Source of the DNA: Anaerovoracaceae bacterium
Lineage (GTDB): Bacteria; Bacillota; Clostridia; Peptostreptococcales; Anaerovoracaceae
Reading direction: 5' to 3'
DNA: 64,000 bases
Assembly (NCBI GenBank): GCA_036657395.1
Contig: JAVXGM010000005.1
Span: 25,702 to 89,701, forward strand
Part shown: positions 48,055 through 59,006 of the stretch, one piece after another
Layout of the letters: each line of letters opens with the position of its first letter
Numbering within the stretch: position 1 is the first letter of the stretch
Notes under the pieces: model-generated
Told to the model about the DNA's origin: nothing
Seen by the model: only the letters and a program-made list of their open reading frames with translations
Databases searched by the model: none
Position numbers and translations under genes: made by a program

Positions 48055-50002
48055 TTTCTTTACCTCCAACAAGGAAATTAATTTCCCTCTTTTCAATAGA
48101 TACTGAGTCTACTACGATTTTAATCGTATCTCCTAGTCCGTAAATCTTATTGGTTTTTCTTCCAATAACTCTGTATTTTTCTGGCTGATGATCGTAAAAA
48201 TCATCAGTGAGGGAATCTAATCTAACCATTCCTTCTACTGTGTTTTCAAGCTCTACATAAAGACCAAAGTTAGTCACCCCACTTATAAGGCCTTCATAGG
48301 CTTCTCCAATGCGGTATGACATATATTCTGCCTTCTTCATCTTCTCAACTTGACGCTCTAAATCTATTGCCTGACGCTCTGTAGCCGAAGCAATTTCTCC
48401 AGCTTCTACTGTCTTCTTTTTAAAATAACTAACTTTCTTCTCGTCCATTTCTCCATGGATTACAGTCTTAATAATCCGATGAATAATAAGGTCTGCGTAC
48501 CTACGAATAGGAGATGTAAAGTGACAATAGTATTTGAAGGACAGTCCAAAATGACCTAAGCATTCTACTCCGTAAAAGGCTTTTTGCATGGAACGAAGCA
48601 TTAAGGTGTTCACCACGTTTTCATAGCTAGTCCCTTCAACTTTTTTAAGTATTGCGTTTAACGCCCTTGGATGAACATCATCTAGATCTCCTTTTAAATG
48701 TATACCAAAGCCTTGCAAAAAGACTTTAAATTCTTCCATTTTCTCCACAGAAGGAGTTTCATGGACACGATAAAGGAATGGAACTTCCATCCAGAAAAAA
48801 TGTTCTGCTATTGTTTGGTTTGCCAAGAGCATAAATTCTTCGATTAGCTTATTGGCAGTTCTTCTTTCTGCAATATCTACGCTAACAGGAACTCCTTCTT
48901 TGTCTAAGGTAATATATGCCTCATCTAAATCAAAGTCCAAGCTTCCCTTTTCAAATCTATTTTCTCTAAGAGTTTTTGCGATTTTGTCCATACGCATTAA
49001 ATCCTCACCAATATATTCATATTTCTTTAACAAGGCCTTATCATTATGCTCAAGTATGTCAGAAACATCAGAATAAGTCATTCTGGCTTTCGAATGGATA
49101 ATGCTTTCGTAAATATCATGAAAAACCACTTTTCCGCCTCTAGTAATTTCCATATCTACAGACAACGTAAGCCTATCCTCATTAGGATTCAAACTACATA
49201 TACCGTTAGAGAGATCTTTTGGCAGCATAGGTATCACCTGATCCACCAAATAGACGCTGTTACCCCTTTTTAATGCTTCCTTATCTAATTCGCAATCCTG
49301 GGTGACATAATGAGTCACATCGGCAATATGGACTCCTAAAAGATAGTTTCCATTATCTAACAATTCCATAGATACTGCATCATCAAAATCTTTGGAGTCA
49401 GCCCCATCTATGGTAATAGTCTTTTTATCTCTTAAATCTCTTCTCTGTTTAATATCTTTGTCTGAAATTTTTTGATTAGTTGCTGCCTCTGCCTCAGCAT
49501 TTACCTGGCTAGGAAAAGTTTCCTTCAAGTTGTATTCTCTAACTAAAGCCTTAATATCGCCCCCAGCCTCGCCTTTCCTGCTTACCACTTCAGTAATCTT
49601 ACCTTCTGCGCTATTTTGCTTATCCGGATATTTGGTAATCACTGCTACCACTTTGTCTCCTATTTTGGCTTTCCCAAAATCTTTCTTCCGAATAAAAACA
49701 TCTTCGTTAAGTTTTTTACTGTCAGGCACAACAAAACCGAAACTCTTACTTTTTTGAAAAGTTCCGATTACTTCTTTTGTGTTATGCTTGATGACTTTAG
49801 TTACAATTCCCTCTCGAGAGCTTTTCCACAGTGCTTCTGGAATAAGATCTACTTCTACAGTGTCCCCATTCATAGCTCCATTTGTGCTCTTAGCAGAAAC
49901 ATAAACGTCCTCCGATTTATCATCGGGAATCAGAAACCCAAAGCCTTTTTTATGCTTTGATAAGGTTCCTGTAATTATTTTTCTTGTATTTTTTTTCTTC
50001 AT
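48047..50002 (-). CDS. rnr: ribonuclease R
   Basis: Cold-shock-like N-domain (KGFGFLIPDD), RNB catalytic domain (DGADSKDFDDAVS, HFGLS...YCHFTSPIRRYADL), and a C-terminal S1 domain. Confidence 0.92.
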   Translation of the reverse strand: MKKKNTRKIITGTLSKHKKGFGFLIPDDKSEDVYVSAKSTNGAMNGDTVEVDLIPEALWKSSREGIVTKVIKHNTKEVIGTFQKSKSFGFVVPDSKKLNEDVFIRKKDFGKAKIGDKVVAVITKYPDKQNSAEGKITEVVSRKGEAGGDIKALVREYNLKETFPSQVNAEAEAATNQKISDKDIKQRRDLRDKKTITIDGADSKDFDDAVSMELLDNGNYLLGVHIADVTHYVTQDCELDKEALKRGNSVYLVDQVIPMLPKDLSNGICSLNPNEDRLTLSVDMEITRGGKVVFHDIYESIIHSKARMTYSDVSDILEHNDKALLKKYEYIGEDLMRMDKIAKTLRENRFEKGSLDFDLDEAYITLDKEGVPVSVDIAERRTANKLIEEFMLLANQTIAEHFFWMEVPFLYRVHETPSVEKMEEFKVFLQGFGIHLKGDLDDVHPRALNAILKKVEGTSYENVVNTLMLRSMQKAFYGVECLGHFGLSFKYYCHFTSPIRRYADLIIHRIIKTVIHGEMDEKKVSYFKKKTVEAGEIASATERQAIDLERQVEKMKKAEYMSYRIGEAYEGLISGVTNFGLYVELENTVEGMVRLDSLTDDFYDHQPEKYRVIGRKTNKIYGLGDTIKIVVDSVSIEKREINFLVGGKENE

Positions 50003-50021
50003 ATGTATATGATAACACTAT

Positions 50022-50044
50022 AAAGGGTGGCAATGCCACCCTTT
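50022..50044. terminator. 10-bp GC-rich hairpin between the lipoprotein gene and rnr
   Basis: AAAGGGTGGC-aat-GCCACCCTTT. The T-run lies on the plus-strand side (ATGTTTTTTT). On the minus strand the hairpin follows the lipoprotein stop and sits 20 nt before the rnr ATG. Confidence 0.55.
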
Positions 50045-50059
50045 ATGTTTTTTTCTTTA

Positions 50060-50365
50060 TTACTTTTTAGTATTTGTTGTGTCTGTGTCAGCTTTTGTTC
50101 TTTCTGTAGGGTCTAAAACGTCTTTTGTATCCTTTTCTCCGTCTTTAATGTCATCACCCATATCTTCGACTCCGTCTTTTAAGTCTTCGCCCATGTTCTC
50201 TACGTCGTCTTTCACGGTATCATTATTTTCTACTTTGTCTGTAGATTCTTCAACATGCGTTGTAGGCTCCATGTCATCCGTCGCCGTATCGTTTCCACAA
50301 CCGGCAAAAGTAAAAACGGATAGTACAAGTAACATCCCTATGATTATTTTTGACTTTTTCAACAT
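50060..50365 (-). CDS. small acidic lipoprotein with tandem D/E-rich repeats
   Basis: Signal peptide plus lipobox (LSVFTFAGCGN). The mature part is D/E/T/K-rich, with VENMGEDLKDG / VEDMGDDIKDG repeats. ATG 50365 lies 5 nt after GAGAGGAG. Confidence 0.75.
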   Translation of the reverse strand: MLKKSKIIIGMLLVLSVFTFAGCGNDTATDDMEPTTHVEESTDKVENNDTVKDDVENMGEDLKDGVEDMGDDIKDGEKDTKDVLDPTERTKADTDTTNTKK

Positions 50366-50540
50366 ACTCACTCCTCTCTTCTTTTCTCACCTATTGTTCA
50401 CAGTTTTAGATGAATTTATTAATAAAAGAAGAAAGTTTTTAATTTTTATGTTTTATGTGAATCAAGGCACATAACTTCTTGCTAGTTGCTGTTTTACCTC
50501 CTGCTGTAGGCGTAATCTTAACAGTTCCAGGTTTTTTGCC

Positions 50541-50582
50541 AATATAAAAAGAGAACATCTAAAATTAACAGATGTTCTCTTT
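50541..50582 (-). terminator. rho-independent terminator of hppA
   Basis: Minus strand: AAAGAGAACATCT-(9-nt loop)-AGATGTTCTCTTT (13 bp), running into TTTTTATATT. Confidence 0.85.
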
Positions 50583-50634
50583 GTGTTTACCGTATATGCC
50601 TTAATCTAAAAGGCAATAAGTTTTTTAGCTTGTC

Positions 50635-52659
50635 TTAGATAAGTCCGCCAATGCTTACAAATACTGGTGCAAATACTACTGCAACAATGGTCATAAGTTT
50701 GATTAGGATATTAATTGATGGACCGGATGTGTCCTTGAATGGGTCACCAACTGTATCGCCTACTACTGTAGCCTTGTGAGTTTCTGAACCCTTACCACCA
50801 TAATGTCCTTCTTCAACGTATTTCTTAGCATTATCCCATGCACCGCCAGCATTAGCCATCATGATAGCAAGTAGCACACCAGCTGCAAGAGATCCTGCAA
50901 GCATTCCACCTAAAGCTTCAACTCCTAAAACGATTCCAACTGCCAATGGAGCAACAATAGCCATTAGACCTGGAGCCAACATTTCCTTAAGAGCTGCTCT
51001 TGTGGAGATGTCTACACATCTAGCATAGTCAGGCTTGGAAGTCCCGGCCATGATGCCTGAATCTTCTCTAAACTGTCTTCTTACTTCTTCAATCATCTGG
51101 TTAGCAGCTTTACCTACGGAATTCATAGTCATAGCTGAGAACAAGAATGGTAGCATAGCACCAATAAACAGTCCTATAATTACCATTGGGTCTAACAGGC
51201 TAATAACCTTAATCTGTGCAACCTGTGAGAATGAAGCGAATAGCGCCAATGCAGTTAGAGCTGCTGAACCGATAGCAAATCCTTTACCTATTGCTGCTGT
51301 TGTGTTACCTACAGCATCAAGCTTGTCTGTAATTTCTCTTACTTCATGTGGAAGTTCTGCCATTTCAGCAATACCACCAGCATTATCAGATACAGGACCA
51401 TATGCATCAACTGCTACTACCATACCTGTAGTTGAAAGCATACCTACCGCTGCAAGAGCAATACCGTAAAGCCCTGCAAAACCGTTAGCTACGAAGATAC
51501 CAACTGCAATGAATAGAACTGGCCATACTGTTGAAAGCATACCAACACCTAAACCGCTGATGATAGTAGTCGCTGCACCTGTCTGAGACTGTTCTGCAAT
51601 TTTCTTAACTGACTTGTAATCTCCAGAAGTATATATTTCTGTGATTTTACCAATAGCGATTCCTACAATAAGTCCCGCAATGATAGCAATAGCACAGTTA
51701 TAGTTTCCAAGCATTGCTTTACTTAGTATAATGGCAGCTACAATTACAATTACACCACTGATATATGTACCCAAGTTTAAAGCTGCAGCAGGGTTGCCGC
51801 CTTCCTTACCTCTAACACATAAAATCCCGATAACAGAAGCAATAATTCCTACTGCTGCAAGTATAAGTGGGAATAGTGATCCTGCAAGTGCCGGAAGGTC
51901 AAAGCTTTGTCCAAATATTGGTGTAATCATAGGCATAATTACTGCAAGTGTAATTGCTGAAATAATTGATCCTACATAAGATTCAAATAAGTCAGATCCC
52001 ATACCTGCAACGTCGCCTACGTTATCTCCTACATTATCTGCAATAACTGCAGGGTTTCTTGGATCATCTTCAGGAATTCCAGCTTCAACTTTACCTACAA
52101 GGTCAGCACCAACGTCTGCAGCTTTTGTGTAGATACCGCCGCCTACTCTTCCAAATAGCGCCATAGATGATGCTCCAAGACCAAATCCTGTTACAACACT
52201 ACTACATTCAACTCCCATGATAACGAAGATAACTCCTAGTCCTAAAAGACCAAGGCCACATACACAAAGACCCATAACAGCCCCTGATCTGAAAGCAACT
52301 TTAAGGGCTTTATTCATGCCACCTTCCATTGCTGCATTTGCGGTTCTAACATTACCTTTAGTGGCAACGTCCATTCCGAAATAGCCAGCTAGTACTGATA
52401 ATAATGAACCCAGTACATATAGTAGACCGGTTGTCCAATTGATAAAATATCCAATAATTAAAAAGAGAACGACTATTACAATGACCATTGTCTTGTATTC
52501 TCTCTTCAGGAACGCCATGGCTCCTTCTCTAATGTGTCCTGCGATTTCCTTCATTTTGTCGGTTCCATCATCAAGTTTACCGATCCATGATGCCATAGCA
52601 AAGGCTACAATCAAACCGACCACTGCTGCTATAGGTGCAATAATTGCTAAATTGTTCAT
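50635..52659 (-). CDS. hppA: membrane-bound H+/Na+-translocating pyrophosphatase
   Basis: 674 aa, about 16 TM helices. Motifs [55 protein letters not shown]. Confidence 0.93.
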   Translation of the reverse strand: MNNLAIIAPIAAVVGLIVAFAMASWIGKLDDGTDKMKEIAGHIREGAMAFLKREYKTMVIVIVVLFLIIGYFINWTTGLLYVLGSLLSVLAGYFGMDVATKGNVRTANAAMEGGMNKALKVAFRSGAVMGLCVCGLGLLGLGVIFVIMGVECSSVVTGFGLGASSMALFGRVGGGIYTKAADVGADLVGKVEAGIPEDDPRNPAVIADNVGDNVGDVAGMGSDLFESYVGSIISAITLAVIMPMITPIFGQSFDLPALAGSLFPLILAAVGIIASVIGILCVRGKEGGNPAAALNLGTYISGVIVIVAAIILSKAMLGNYNCAIAIIAGLIVGIAIGKITEIYTSGDYKSVKKIAEQSQTGAATTIISGLGVGMLSTVWPVLFIAVGIFVANGFAGLYGIALAAVGMLSTTGMVVAVDAYGPVSDNAGGIAEMAELPHEVREITDKLDAVGNTTAAIGKGFAIGSAALTALALFASFSQVAQIKVISLLDPMVIIGLFIGAMLPFLFSAMTMNSVGKAANQMIEEVRRQFREDSGIMAGTSKPDYARCVDISTRAALKEMLAPGLMAIVAPLAVGIVLGVEALGGMLAGSLAAGVLLAIMMANAGGAWDNAKKYVEEGHYGGKGSETHKATVVGDTVGDPFKDTSGPSINILIKLMTIVAVVFAPVFVSIGGLI

Positions 52660-52677
52660 AAAAAATAATACCTCCTC

Positions 52678-52735
52678 TCACTTTTAACGCAATTATAAGA
52701 GGCATCTTATGACACCCCTTATTATTTAAAAGTGA
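52678..52735 (-). promoter_or_regulatory. perfect 10-nt inverted repeat in the hppA leader, abutting the SD
   Basis: mRNA sense: UCACUUUUAA-(38 nt)-UUAAAAGUGA, immediately followed by GAGGAGG, then 11 nt, then the AUG. Confidence 0.4.
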
Positions 52736-52775
52736 AATATTAAACTAAAAATAAAACTAAACGAAATTAAATAAG

Positions 52776-53006
52776 TTATTCCATAGTAACCAATACCAAT
52801 GAAAGCACTATAAAGAGAACTGCTGCGGTTGTGGCAATCTTGTTTAAGATTCCTTCATAACCCTGACTCTTTTTCTTACCGAACAACTGCTCGGCGCCTC
52901 CACCTATGGAACCTGATAATCCACTGCTATTACTTGACTGCAATAATATGCTGATAATAAGCACGATACTTGCTAATCCAAGTATAACCATAAGAACTGT
53001 CTGCAT
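52776..53006 (-). CDS. secG: preprotein translocase subunit SecG
   Basis: 76 aa with two TM helices flanking a Gly/Ser-rich loop (SSGLSGSIGGGAEQLFG). Lies downstream of eno. Confidence 0.85.
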   Translation of the reverse strand: MQTVLMVILGLASIVLIISILLQSSNSSGLSGSIGGGAEQLFGKKKSQGYEGILNKIATTAAVLFIVLSLVLVTME

Positions 53007-53075
53007 TCCTTTACCTCCTTGTACGTTAACCTCTAGAGTCTACCACATGGGGTTTTAAAAATCAAGGTTTTTTGT

Positions 53076-54371
<1,296 letters not shown>

Positions 54372-54394
54372 TTACCTCCTTAGTTATTTAAAAT

Positions 54395-55141
54395 TTAAAA
54401 ATCAATAATTTCCATAAAATCTTTTGCCTTGAGACTTGCGCCACCTACTAGCGCTCCATCAATTTCATCCATATTCATAATGTCTGTAGCATTGACTGGC
54501 TTCACGCTGCCGCCATACTGAATAACTACTTTATCAGAAACTTCATCGTCATAAAGTTTTTCCATTATTTCTCTAATACAGGCACACATTTCTTCTGCCT
54601 GCTCAGGTGTGGCTGTTCTGCCTGTGCCAATAGCCCATACCGGTTCATAAGCGATAACCAATTTTCTTACTTGGTCTCCAGTTAGTCCAGCTAAGCCGGC
54701 TTCAAGTTGATTTTTAACAACTTCTTCTGCATGACCCTTATCCCTCTGATCTAAAACTTCTCCTACACATAATATAGGAGTGATATCTCCTTTGAAAAGT
54801 CTATGGAGCTTCTTGTTTACGGTTTCATCCGTTTCTCCAAAATACTCTCTTCTCTCAGAATGACCCACTATGCAATAATCAATCTTCATCTCTTCCAGCA
54901 TTGCCGGTGAAATTTCTCCTGTAAAGGCTCCTTCATCCTCAAAGTGGACATTTTGCGCCCCTACTTTTATGTTTGTCCCTTGGAATATTTCTTGCACTGC
55001 TTCTAAGTAAACATATGGTGCACAGATGGCTGCCTGCACGTCAGTTCCTTTGTATAATTCCTTAAATTCCTTGGCAAATGCTACTGCTTCACCTCTTGTT
55101 TTAAACATTTTCCAGTTTCCTGCAATAAATGGTTTTCTCAT
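54395..55141 (-). CDS. tpiA: triose-phosphate isomerase
   Basis: Motifs AGNWKM, GHSERR, AYEPVWAIGTG. The ATG shares one base with the pgk stop. Confidence 0.95.
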   Translation of the reverse strand: MRKPFIAGNWKMFKTRGEAVAFAKEFKELYKGTDVQAAICAPYVYLEAVQEIFQGTNIKVGAQNVHFEDEGAFTGEISPAMLEEMKIDYCIVGHSERREYFGETDETVNKKLHRLFKGDITPILCVGEVLDQRDKGHAEEVVKNQLEAGLAGLTGDQVRKLVIAYEPVWAIGTGRTATPEQAEEMCACIREIMEKLYDDEVSDKVVIQYGGSVKPVNATDIMNMDEIDGALVGGASLKAKDFMEIIDF

Positions 55142-56325
55142 TATTTATCCTCCAATGCACTTATACCCGGCAATTCCTTTCCCTCTAAGAATTCCAGGGA
55201 GGCTCCGCCTCCTGTGGAAATATGAGTCATTTTATCTGCCAGTCCAAACTGTTGTACCGCTGCTGCAGAGTCACCTCCTCCAATAATGGTAATCCCTTTG
55301 TTTGTTGCTAAGGCTTCTGCTATCTTCCTTGTTCCAGTCTGAAATGGTTTCATTTCAAAGACTCCCACAGGGCCATTCCAAACTACCGTTTTTGCTTTTG
55401 CCAAAATGTCTTCAATTACTTTAATGGAATTAGGGCCGATGTCCAGTCCCATCATGTCTTTTGCCATGGATTCCCTAGGATAAACTTTAGTTTCACTATC
55501 TGCAGAAAATTCTTTTGCACAAAGAATGTCTACAGGAAGAACTAGGTCGACTCCTGCTTTTTCCGCCTTTTTAATAAGCTCTCCTGCTAAGGCAACATTG
55601 TCTTCATCTAAAATGGATGTACCAATTTCAAGACCCATAGCCTTAAAAAACGTATAACTCATTCCACCACCAACGATCAGCGTATCTACTTTCTTCAGTA
55701 GGTTTTCGATGACCTTAATCTTGTCTCCCACTTTTGCTCCACCCATGATGGCAACAAACGGACGCTTTGGAGCATCTAAGGCGTCTCCTAGAAATTTCAC
55801 TTCCTTTTCAATTAGGTAACCAGAAACTCCAGGGATGAATTTTGTAACTCCTGCTGTAGAACAATGTGCTCTATGCGCTGTTCCAAAAGCATCATTTACA
55901 AAAATTTCTGCAAGGCTTGCTAATTCTTTGGAAAAATTGTCTTCGTTTTTAGTTTCTTCTTTCCTAAATCTAAGATTTTCAAGAAGCATTACCTGACCTT
56001 CTTTAAGACCTGCGGCTTCTTCTCTCACCTGATCATTTACAACCTGAGCCACACTACAGAAAAGAACCTCTCGCCCTAAAAGTTGAGAAAGTCTTTCTGC
56101 TACAGGCTTAAGGCTGTACTCCATTTTAACTTCTCCCTTTGGTCTTCCCATGTGAGACATAAGGATTACTTTTCCACCTTGATCCACCAGTGCCTTGATG
56201 GTTGGTAGCGACCCAGTGATTCTAATATCATCAGTAATTTTCCCATCTTGCATGGGCACATTAAAATCGCATCTAACCAAAACACGTTTGCCTTTTACTG
56301 CTATGTCGTTAATAGTTTTTTTCAT
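55141..56325 (-). CDS. pgk: phosphoglycerate kinase
   Basis: Motifs [36 protein letters not shown] 56325 (MKKTINDI) lies 5 nt after GGTGG. The track ORF begins at GTG 56334. Confidence 0.95.
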   Translation of the reverse strand: MKKTINDIAVKGKRVLVRCDFNVPMQDGKITDDIRITGSLPTIKALVDQGGKVILMSHMGRPKGEVKMEYSLKPVAERLSQLLGREVLFCSVAQVVNDQVREEAAGLKEGQVMLLENLRFRKEETKNEDNFSKELASLAEIFVNDAFGTAHRAHCSTAGVTKFIPGVSGYLIEKEVKFLGDALDAPKRPFVAIMGGAKVGDKIKVIENLLKKVDTLIVGGGMSYTFFKAMGLEIGTSILDEDNVALAGELIKKAEKAGVDLVLPVDILCAKEFSADSETKVYPRESMAKDMMGLDIGPNSIKVIEDILAKAKTVVWNGPVGVFEMKPFQTGTRKIAEALATNKGITIIGGGDSAAAVQQFGLADKMTHISTGGGASLEFLEGKELPGISALEDK

Positions 56326-56365
56326 CTTTGCCACCTTTACCTATATTTGTTTAAATATATAGCAC

Positions 56366-56388
56366 GACAGCCGATAAAACCGGCTGTC
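56366..56388 (-). promoter_or_regulatory. 8-bp GC-rich stem-loop in the gap-pgk intergenic region
   Basis: GACAGCCG-(7-nt loop)-CGGCTGTC. No T-run follows it on the minus strand (GTGCTATATATTT), so it is not a canonical terminator. Confidence 0.45.
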
Positions 56389-56405
56389 AACTTAGTTGTT
56401 TACTT

Positions 56406-57422
56406 TTATTTGTTGTCTACACTGTGCATGTGTTGAATCAAAGAAAGAATTTTGCTTGAATACCCATATTCGTTATCGTAAAAAGCAATTAGCTTAAAGA
56501 ACTTTTCATTTAAGGTAATTCCTTCTCTTGCGTCAAATATAGATGTATGGGAATCTCCGATGAAATCACTTGATACGACTTCGTCATCTACGTATTCTAT
56601 TACACCCTTCATCTCGCCTTCTGAGGCCTCTTTAATCTTCTTACAAATATCCTCATAGGTTGCCGCTTTCTTAAGCTGAATGTTAAGATCGATTACGGAT
56701 ACGTCTGCTACAGGGACTCTGTATGAAATGCCTGTCATCTTACCTACTAGTGATGGAATAACTAATCCTACAGCTTTTGCGGCTCCCGTCGTTGATGGGA
56801 TAATATTTCCAAAAGATGATCTTCCTGTTCTCCAGTCTTTCATGGAACGGGCATCTACTACTTTTTGCTTTGCTGTGGCTGCATGAATGGTTGACATCAA
56901 ACCTTGCTCAATACCCCAATTATCTTCTAATACTTTTGTAAGCGGTGCAAGACAGTTGGTTGTACAAGATGCGTTAGATACCACTGGCATATCTGTTGTG
57001 TACTCTTTGTGGTTAACACCCATAACAAAAGTCGGCGTGTCTTTGTCCTTGGCTGGTGCAGTAATTATAACCTTCTTTGCTCCCTGCTTGATATGAACCA
57101 TTGCTTTTTCTGTAGTATTGTAAGCTCCTGTTCCTTCTATTATATATTCTGCGCCGCACTTGTCCCAAGGAATATTTGATGCGTCACTTTCGCTATAAAC
57201 AGGGACTTTCTTCCCGTTAATCACTATTCCGTCTTCATATGTGTCAAGACTCTTTGGAAATCTGCCAAAAACGCTGTCATACTTAAGCATATATACCATG
57301 TAATCCTTGTCCGCATTACGAACATTGATACCTGAAATTTCTATTTCCGGCACATCCATTGCTGCACGAATAACTACTCTTGAAATACGACCAAAACCAC
57401 TAATACCAACCTTAATTGACAT
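56406..57422 (-). CDS. gap: glyceraldehyde-3-phosphate dehydrogenase (type I)
   Basis: Motifs SNASCTTNCLAP (catalytic Cys), KDWRTGR, STTGAAKAV, WYDNE-like FYDNEYGY. The N-terminal fingerprint reads ISGFGRISR. Confidence 0.93.
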   Translation of the reverse strand: MSIKVGISGFGRISRVVIRAAMDVPEIEISGINVRNADKDYMVYMLKYDSVFGRFPKSLDTYEDGIVINGKKVPVYSESDASNIPWDKCGAEYIIEGTGAYNTTEKAMVHIKQGAKKVIITAPAKDKDTPTFVMGVNHKEYTTDMPVVSNASCTTNCLAPLTKVLEDNWGIEQGLMSTIHAATAKQKVVDARSMKDWRTGRSSFGNIIPSTTGAAKAVGLVIPSLVGKMTGISYRVPVADVSVIDLNIQLKKAATYEDICKKIKEASEGEMKGVIEYVDDEVVSSDFIGDSHTSIFDAREGITLNEKFFKLIAFYDNEYGYSSKILSLIQHMHSVDNK

Positions 57423-57489
57423 TTGCTAATCCTCCTTGATTACCTTGCTTTAACTTTTTTTTATGTACTCTATATATTAATGAACTAAA

Positions 57490-58926
57490 TTAATATCTCC
57501 TTCGTTTAGATGATGATAAAATTCCCATCTCATCTCTGTATTTTGCTACTGTTCTCCTTGATATACCAAAGCCCTTTTCTTTTAGCATTTTCACCATGTC
57601 CTGGTCGCTATGAGGAGATTTTGGATCTTCCTCACTAACGATCTCTTTTATAAATGATTTAATACTATTTGAGGAGATTCCCTCTCCTTGGCTGTCTGAA
57701 ACCCCAGCGGAAAAGAAATATTTGATTTCAAATACACCCATTGGGCTTTGTAAATACTTCCCATTAATAGAACGGCTCACTGTAGATTCGTGGATTCCCA
57801 CTTCCTCCGCAATTTGCTTAAGGGTAAGGGTTTTTAAGTGTTTACTCCCTTTTTCAAAGAATTTTTGCTGATACTTTACAACAGCAGTCACCACATTATA
57901 TATGGTCTGTTTTCGCTGATCTATACTTTTAATAAGCCAAACCGCAGAATTAAGCTTGTCTGACAAATACTTTGACAGATTTGAATCTTTTTCTGCTTCA
58001 ATAAGTAACTTTTCATAGTATCCGCTGACCATAAGTCTAGGCGAGCTACTATCATTAAGGGAAACAATGTATTCTCCATCTACTTTTTCTACGTAAACAT
58101 CAGGAACGACATATCTAGTGTCCGTTTGGCTAGCAAAGGGCCTACCCGGCTTAGGTTCTAATGTCTTAATAATGTCGCTCATTTCTTGTATTTCCATTAT
58201 AGTAAGACCCATTGCCTTGGCGATTATACCAAGCCTATTAGCTCCGATATCTTCTAAATAATTATTGACTACATTTTCAAAGTCATCTGTAAGTTGGCCA
58301 CTGTATTCTAGTTGAATCAACAAACATTCTTTAAGGCTTCTAGCACCTACACCTACAGGATCAAACCCTTGAATAATAGCTAGAACTTCTTCAATCTTAT
58401 TTTCAGGTACTTTTGTAACTTTAGATATTTCTTCTATGGTTGATGTCATATATCCATTTTCATCTAGGGACTCTATAATGTAGCGTCCAACATTTCGACA
58501 CCCTTTTTTATGGGAGGCGAACTGAAGTTGAAACATTAAATGTTCTGGCAAGGTTACTTCCGAAGTAGTGTATTGCTCGTAAGCATTTTCCTTCTCTTCC
58601 CCACTAGTATTGTCATATTGACGATAACTTATATCGTCATATTGTTTGTTTTTTAAATACTCTTTCCAGTCGATTTCACTCTCACCTGAGTTTAGTTGAC
58701 TCTCATCAGAAGATGCTACCTCTTGAGGCTCCTCCGTCGAAGGTGACTCTTGCCCCGTTGGTGAGGTCTGCTCCAAGACGGGATTTGTCAATATCTGATC
58801 TTGGATATAGGAATCCAACTCCTGGGTATTGAACTGCAATATCTGTATTGCCTGTATCAATTCAGGGGTCATTACCAATTTTTGTGTTTGTTCAATTGTT
58901 AAATCATAACCAAGCCGCATACTCAT
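57490..58926 (-). CDS. rpoN: RNA polymerase sigma-54 factor
   Basis: N-terminal Gln/Leu-rich region I (LTIEQTQKLVMTPELIQAIQILQ), acidic region II, an HTH, and an RpoN box ISRRTVAKYR. Confidence 0.92.
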   Translation of the reverse strand: MSMRLGYDLTIEQTQKLVMTPELIQAIQILQFNTQELDSYIQDQILTNPVLEQTSPTGQESPSTEEPQEVASSDESQLNSGESEIDWKEYLKNKQYDDISYRQYDNTSGEEKENAYEQYTTSEVTLPEHLMFQLQFASHKKGCRNVGRYIIESLDENGYMTSTIEEISKVTKVPENKIEEVLAIIQGFDPVGVGARSLKECLLIQLEYSGQLTDDFENVVNNYLEDIGANRLGIIAKAMGLTIMEIQEMSDIIKTLEPKPGRPFASQTDTRYVVPDVYVEKVDGEYIVSLNDSSSPRLMVSGYYEKLLIEAEKDSNLSKYLSDKLNSAVWLIKSIDQRKQTIYNVVTAVVKYQQKFFEKGSKHLKTLTLKQIAEEVGIHESTVSRSINGKYLQSPMGVFEIKYFFSAGVSDSQGEGISSNSIKSFIKEIVSEEDPKSPHSDQDMVKMLKEKGFGISRRTVAKYRDEMGILSSSKRRRY

Positions 58927-58961
58927 TAAAACACCTCATCAAAAATTATGCCTACGCAAAT

Positions 58962-58970
58962 ATTATACCA
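58962..58970 (-). promoter_or_regulatory. extended -10 element upstream of rpoN
   Basis: Minus strand reads TGgTATAAT, about 35 nt upstream of the rpoN ATG. The -35 (CTAGAA) is poor. Confidence 0.4.
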
Positions 58971-59006
58971 TATTCCCCGATTATTTCTAGGGGTTTCTAC
59001 CTTTAT

